From the NCBI RefSeq assembly GCF_964355755.1, contig NC_092672.1:29828437-29892436 (forward strand): a DNA stretch of 64,000 nt, in the 5' to 3' direction. Below, one piece after another: positions 62,201-64,000 of this stretch (within the stretch, counting starts at the first letter, position 1; each line of letters begins with the position of its first letter). The position numbers were made by a program, and so were the translations under genes. Below the pieces are notes generated by a model. That model saw only the letters and a list, made by a program, of their open reading frames with translations. It did not search any database and was not told the DNA's origin. Source of the stretch: Antedon mediterranea. Taxonomy: Eukaryota; Animalia; Echinodermata.

Positions 62201-64000
62201 CAGTGGGAAAGCCACTTCGCGTTTTGACCGTTAAATCGTGTATAATCGACTTACTTCCGCATTGACGATTTTGAAGCGCCACCTATCGTTGAAAACTGAA
62301 ACCACGATTTTTCGTCGCCTAGCAAATAAGTGCTGTTTTATTTTAAGCTCTCATGAATATTTAAGAACCGCCCAACATTACCTATTATGGTAAAAGCATT
62401 TCCTAATAAGTATTATTGAATAACCAATCGGTTTCCTTCAAAGAAACCGAAGCTAATACAATACATTCGGCGACTGAAGTCGGGACTCGTGAAATTTATA
62501 AATGTGGTACGATTTGACTACTGTTTTGTTGTCCATTTTCTGAATAGTCGGAGGTGCATCCCAACAAATTAAAAAAATTATAATCAATTGTTTTATCAAG
62601 AATAATATTAGTTTAATCGAGTATGATATATTTCTATCCTGTTCAAAATTTGTTGGTGTATTCTCAGGCCTCGAAATGTAGGTACATTTTCTAGCTGTGA
62701 GCGTGGTTTCGGCAACGCGAGACACGTGTGTCAGTATAGGCGATAGCGAGACGTGTGTTGTACTGTGTTGATGCTGATCCGATAGTCGTTAAGTTGTACT
62801 GATTACGAGTATCATTGGTCCTGGCCGGCCTAGCCTGGTGATCTGATCCCCGCAAAAAAAATACTTTTTTCCAATCAGTATTAATATTATTATTTTGTTT
62901 TTCATTTATTATTTGATTTATTAGGCTCAATAGATGCCTAGCAGGCTACTAGTACTAGTAGGCCTAGATTATATAAATAATAATAGTAAATACTGTAATT
63001 TAATTAATAAAATACAGCTTCCATTTGCCTTACTTTTATGTCATCATATAATATTATAATTATATATACAACCAGACATTAACATTTTTTTAAAAATAAT
63101 ATTTATTATTTTTTCTGACACTTTCAGGAATCGTTGTTGATGATGCAGAGTTTTTGTGACTTCAAACTGAGAGTGAAGTGGATAAAAAGATGACACCGGT
63201 ACCTACCGACATTGTCATACCCAAACTATAATTTAATTATTTAAAACAAAATGTTGAATTACAAATATATATGTATGTTGCAGAGGATTTAGATGAATTA
63301 CAATACAAATATTTATGTTGAATGCAAACCTACTACACTATACTCTGTAAATTATGTTATTGTCATGTGGTAGACCTTAAAAATTGAATATTTATTGTAT
63401 GTTAGGCCTATTTTATATTTTATTATTACTGTATTAGTTTAATATTACTATTATTATAATTTATATTATACAGTACTAGTTTGTACATGTTTTTACCAAA
63501 AAAAAATGAATAAATAATTTGTTATTCAATCTAATTGCTTGTTTGTTCATCAATAACAAAACAATTGTAAGCAAGTATATAACAGTTCTTGTTAGCCGCT
63601 TATTTCAGGTCATATTATTAATATTAGCTAGGCCCGACGCGCCCGATCACAATGTCACTAAGTGACTTTCCGCCCCTGGAACAATCGGTCGCTAATATGG
63701 CTAGGCCTCGGACTCGTATAAAAGCTATTATAATAGTTATGATAAATATTCCTCAAAATGTATACTGTGATAAATAAACAAGTAATAATATAAGTTGTAT
63801 TGGAATGTATTTATTTATATGAATTCTTATACGCGGACAATTATAAATATCGCGTATATCGTTCGATATAAATAAATTTATAAACACGATGACGATGTGT
63901 TTACAAAATGGTGGTTTCGCTAGTTTTCGATGGAACAAATAGTGGTACCTTTAGTTTGAATAGTCGGAGCTGCATCCCAACCACCGAATTTTGTATCTTA
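62201..64000. mobile_element. TIR DNA transposon (duplicate of 18372-20537), cut by the window end
   Basis: Same left TIR, site and internal sequence. Confidence 0.85.

Overview
AT-rich eukaryotic (animal, probably marine invertebrate) DNA. The window is a head-to-tail tandem array of 8 copies (7 recognisable, the last cut by the window end, plus 1 collapsed relic) of one six-exon + strand gene. I reconstructed the gene by hand from GT-AG boundaries: signal peptide (exon 1), F-type lectin/F5-8C-like domain (exons 2-4), LamG3/pentraxin-like ConA-fold domain (exon 5) and PAN/Apple-like domain (exon 6), about 450 aa, with all introns in phase 1. Copies 1 and 3 look intact, copies 6 and 7 have lost splice acceptors, and copies 2, 4, 5 and 8 are disabled. 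The array is heavily invaded by mobile DNA: a young full-length BEL/Pao LTR retrotransposon (685-bp LTRs, 5-bp TSD), several truncated LINEs (one nested pair), a Penelope GIY-YIG fragment, a 2.2-kb TIR element and DINE-1/HINE-like elements. Paralog comparison also shows repeated independent TA to TAGGCCTA/TAGCCTA micro-insertions that look like excision scars of a transposon not seen here. All domain and family calls come from motif recognition by eye, with no database search.
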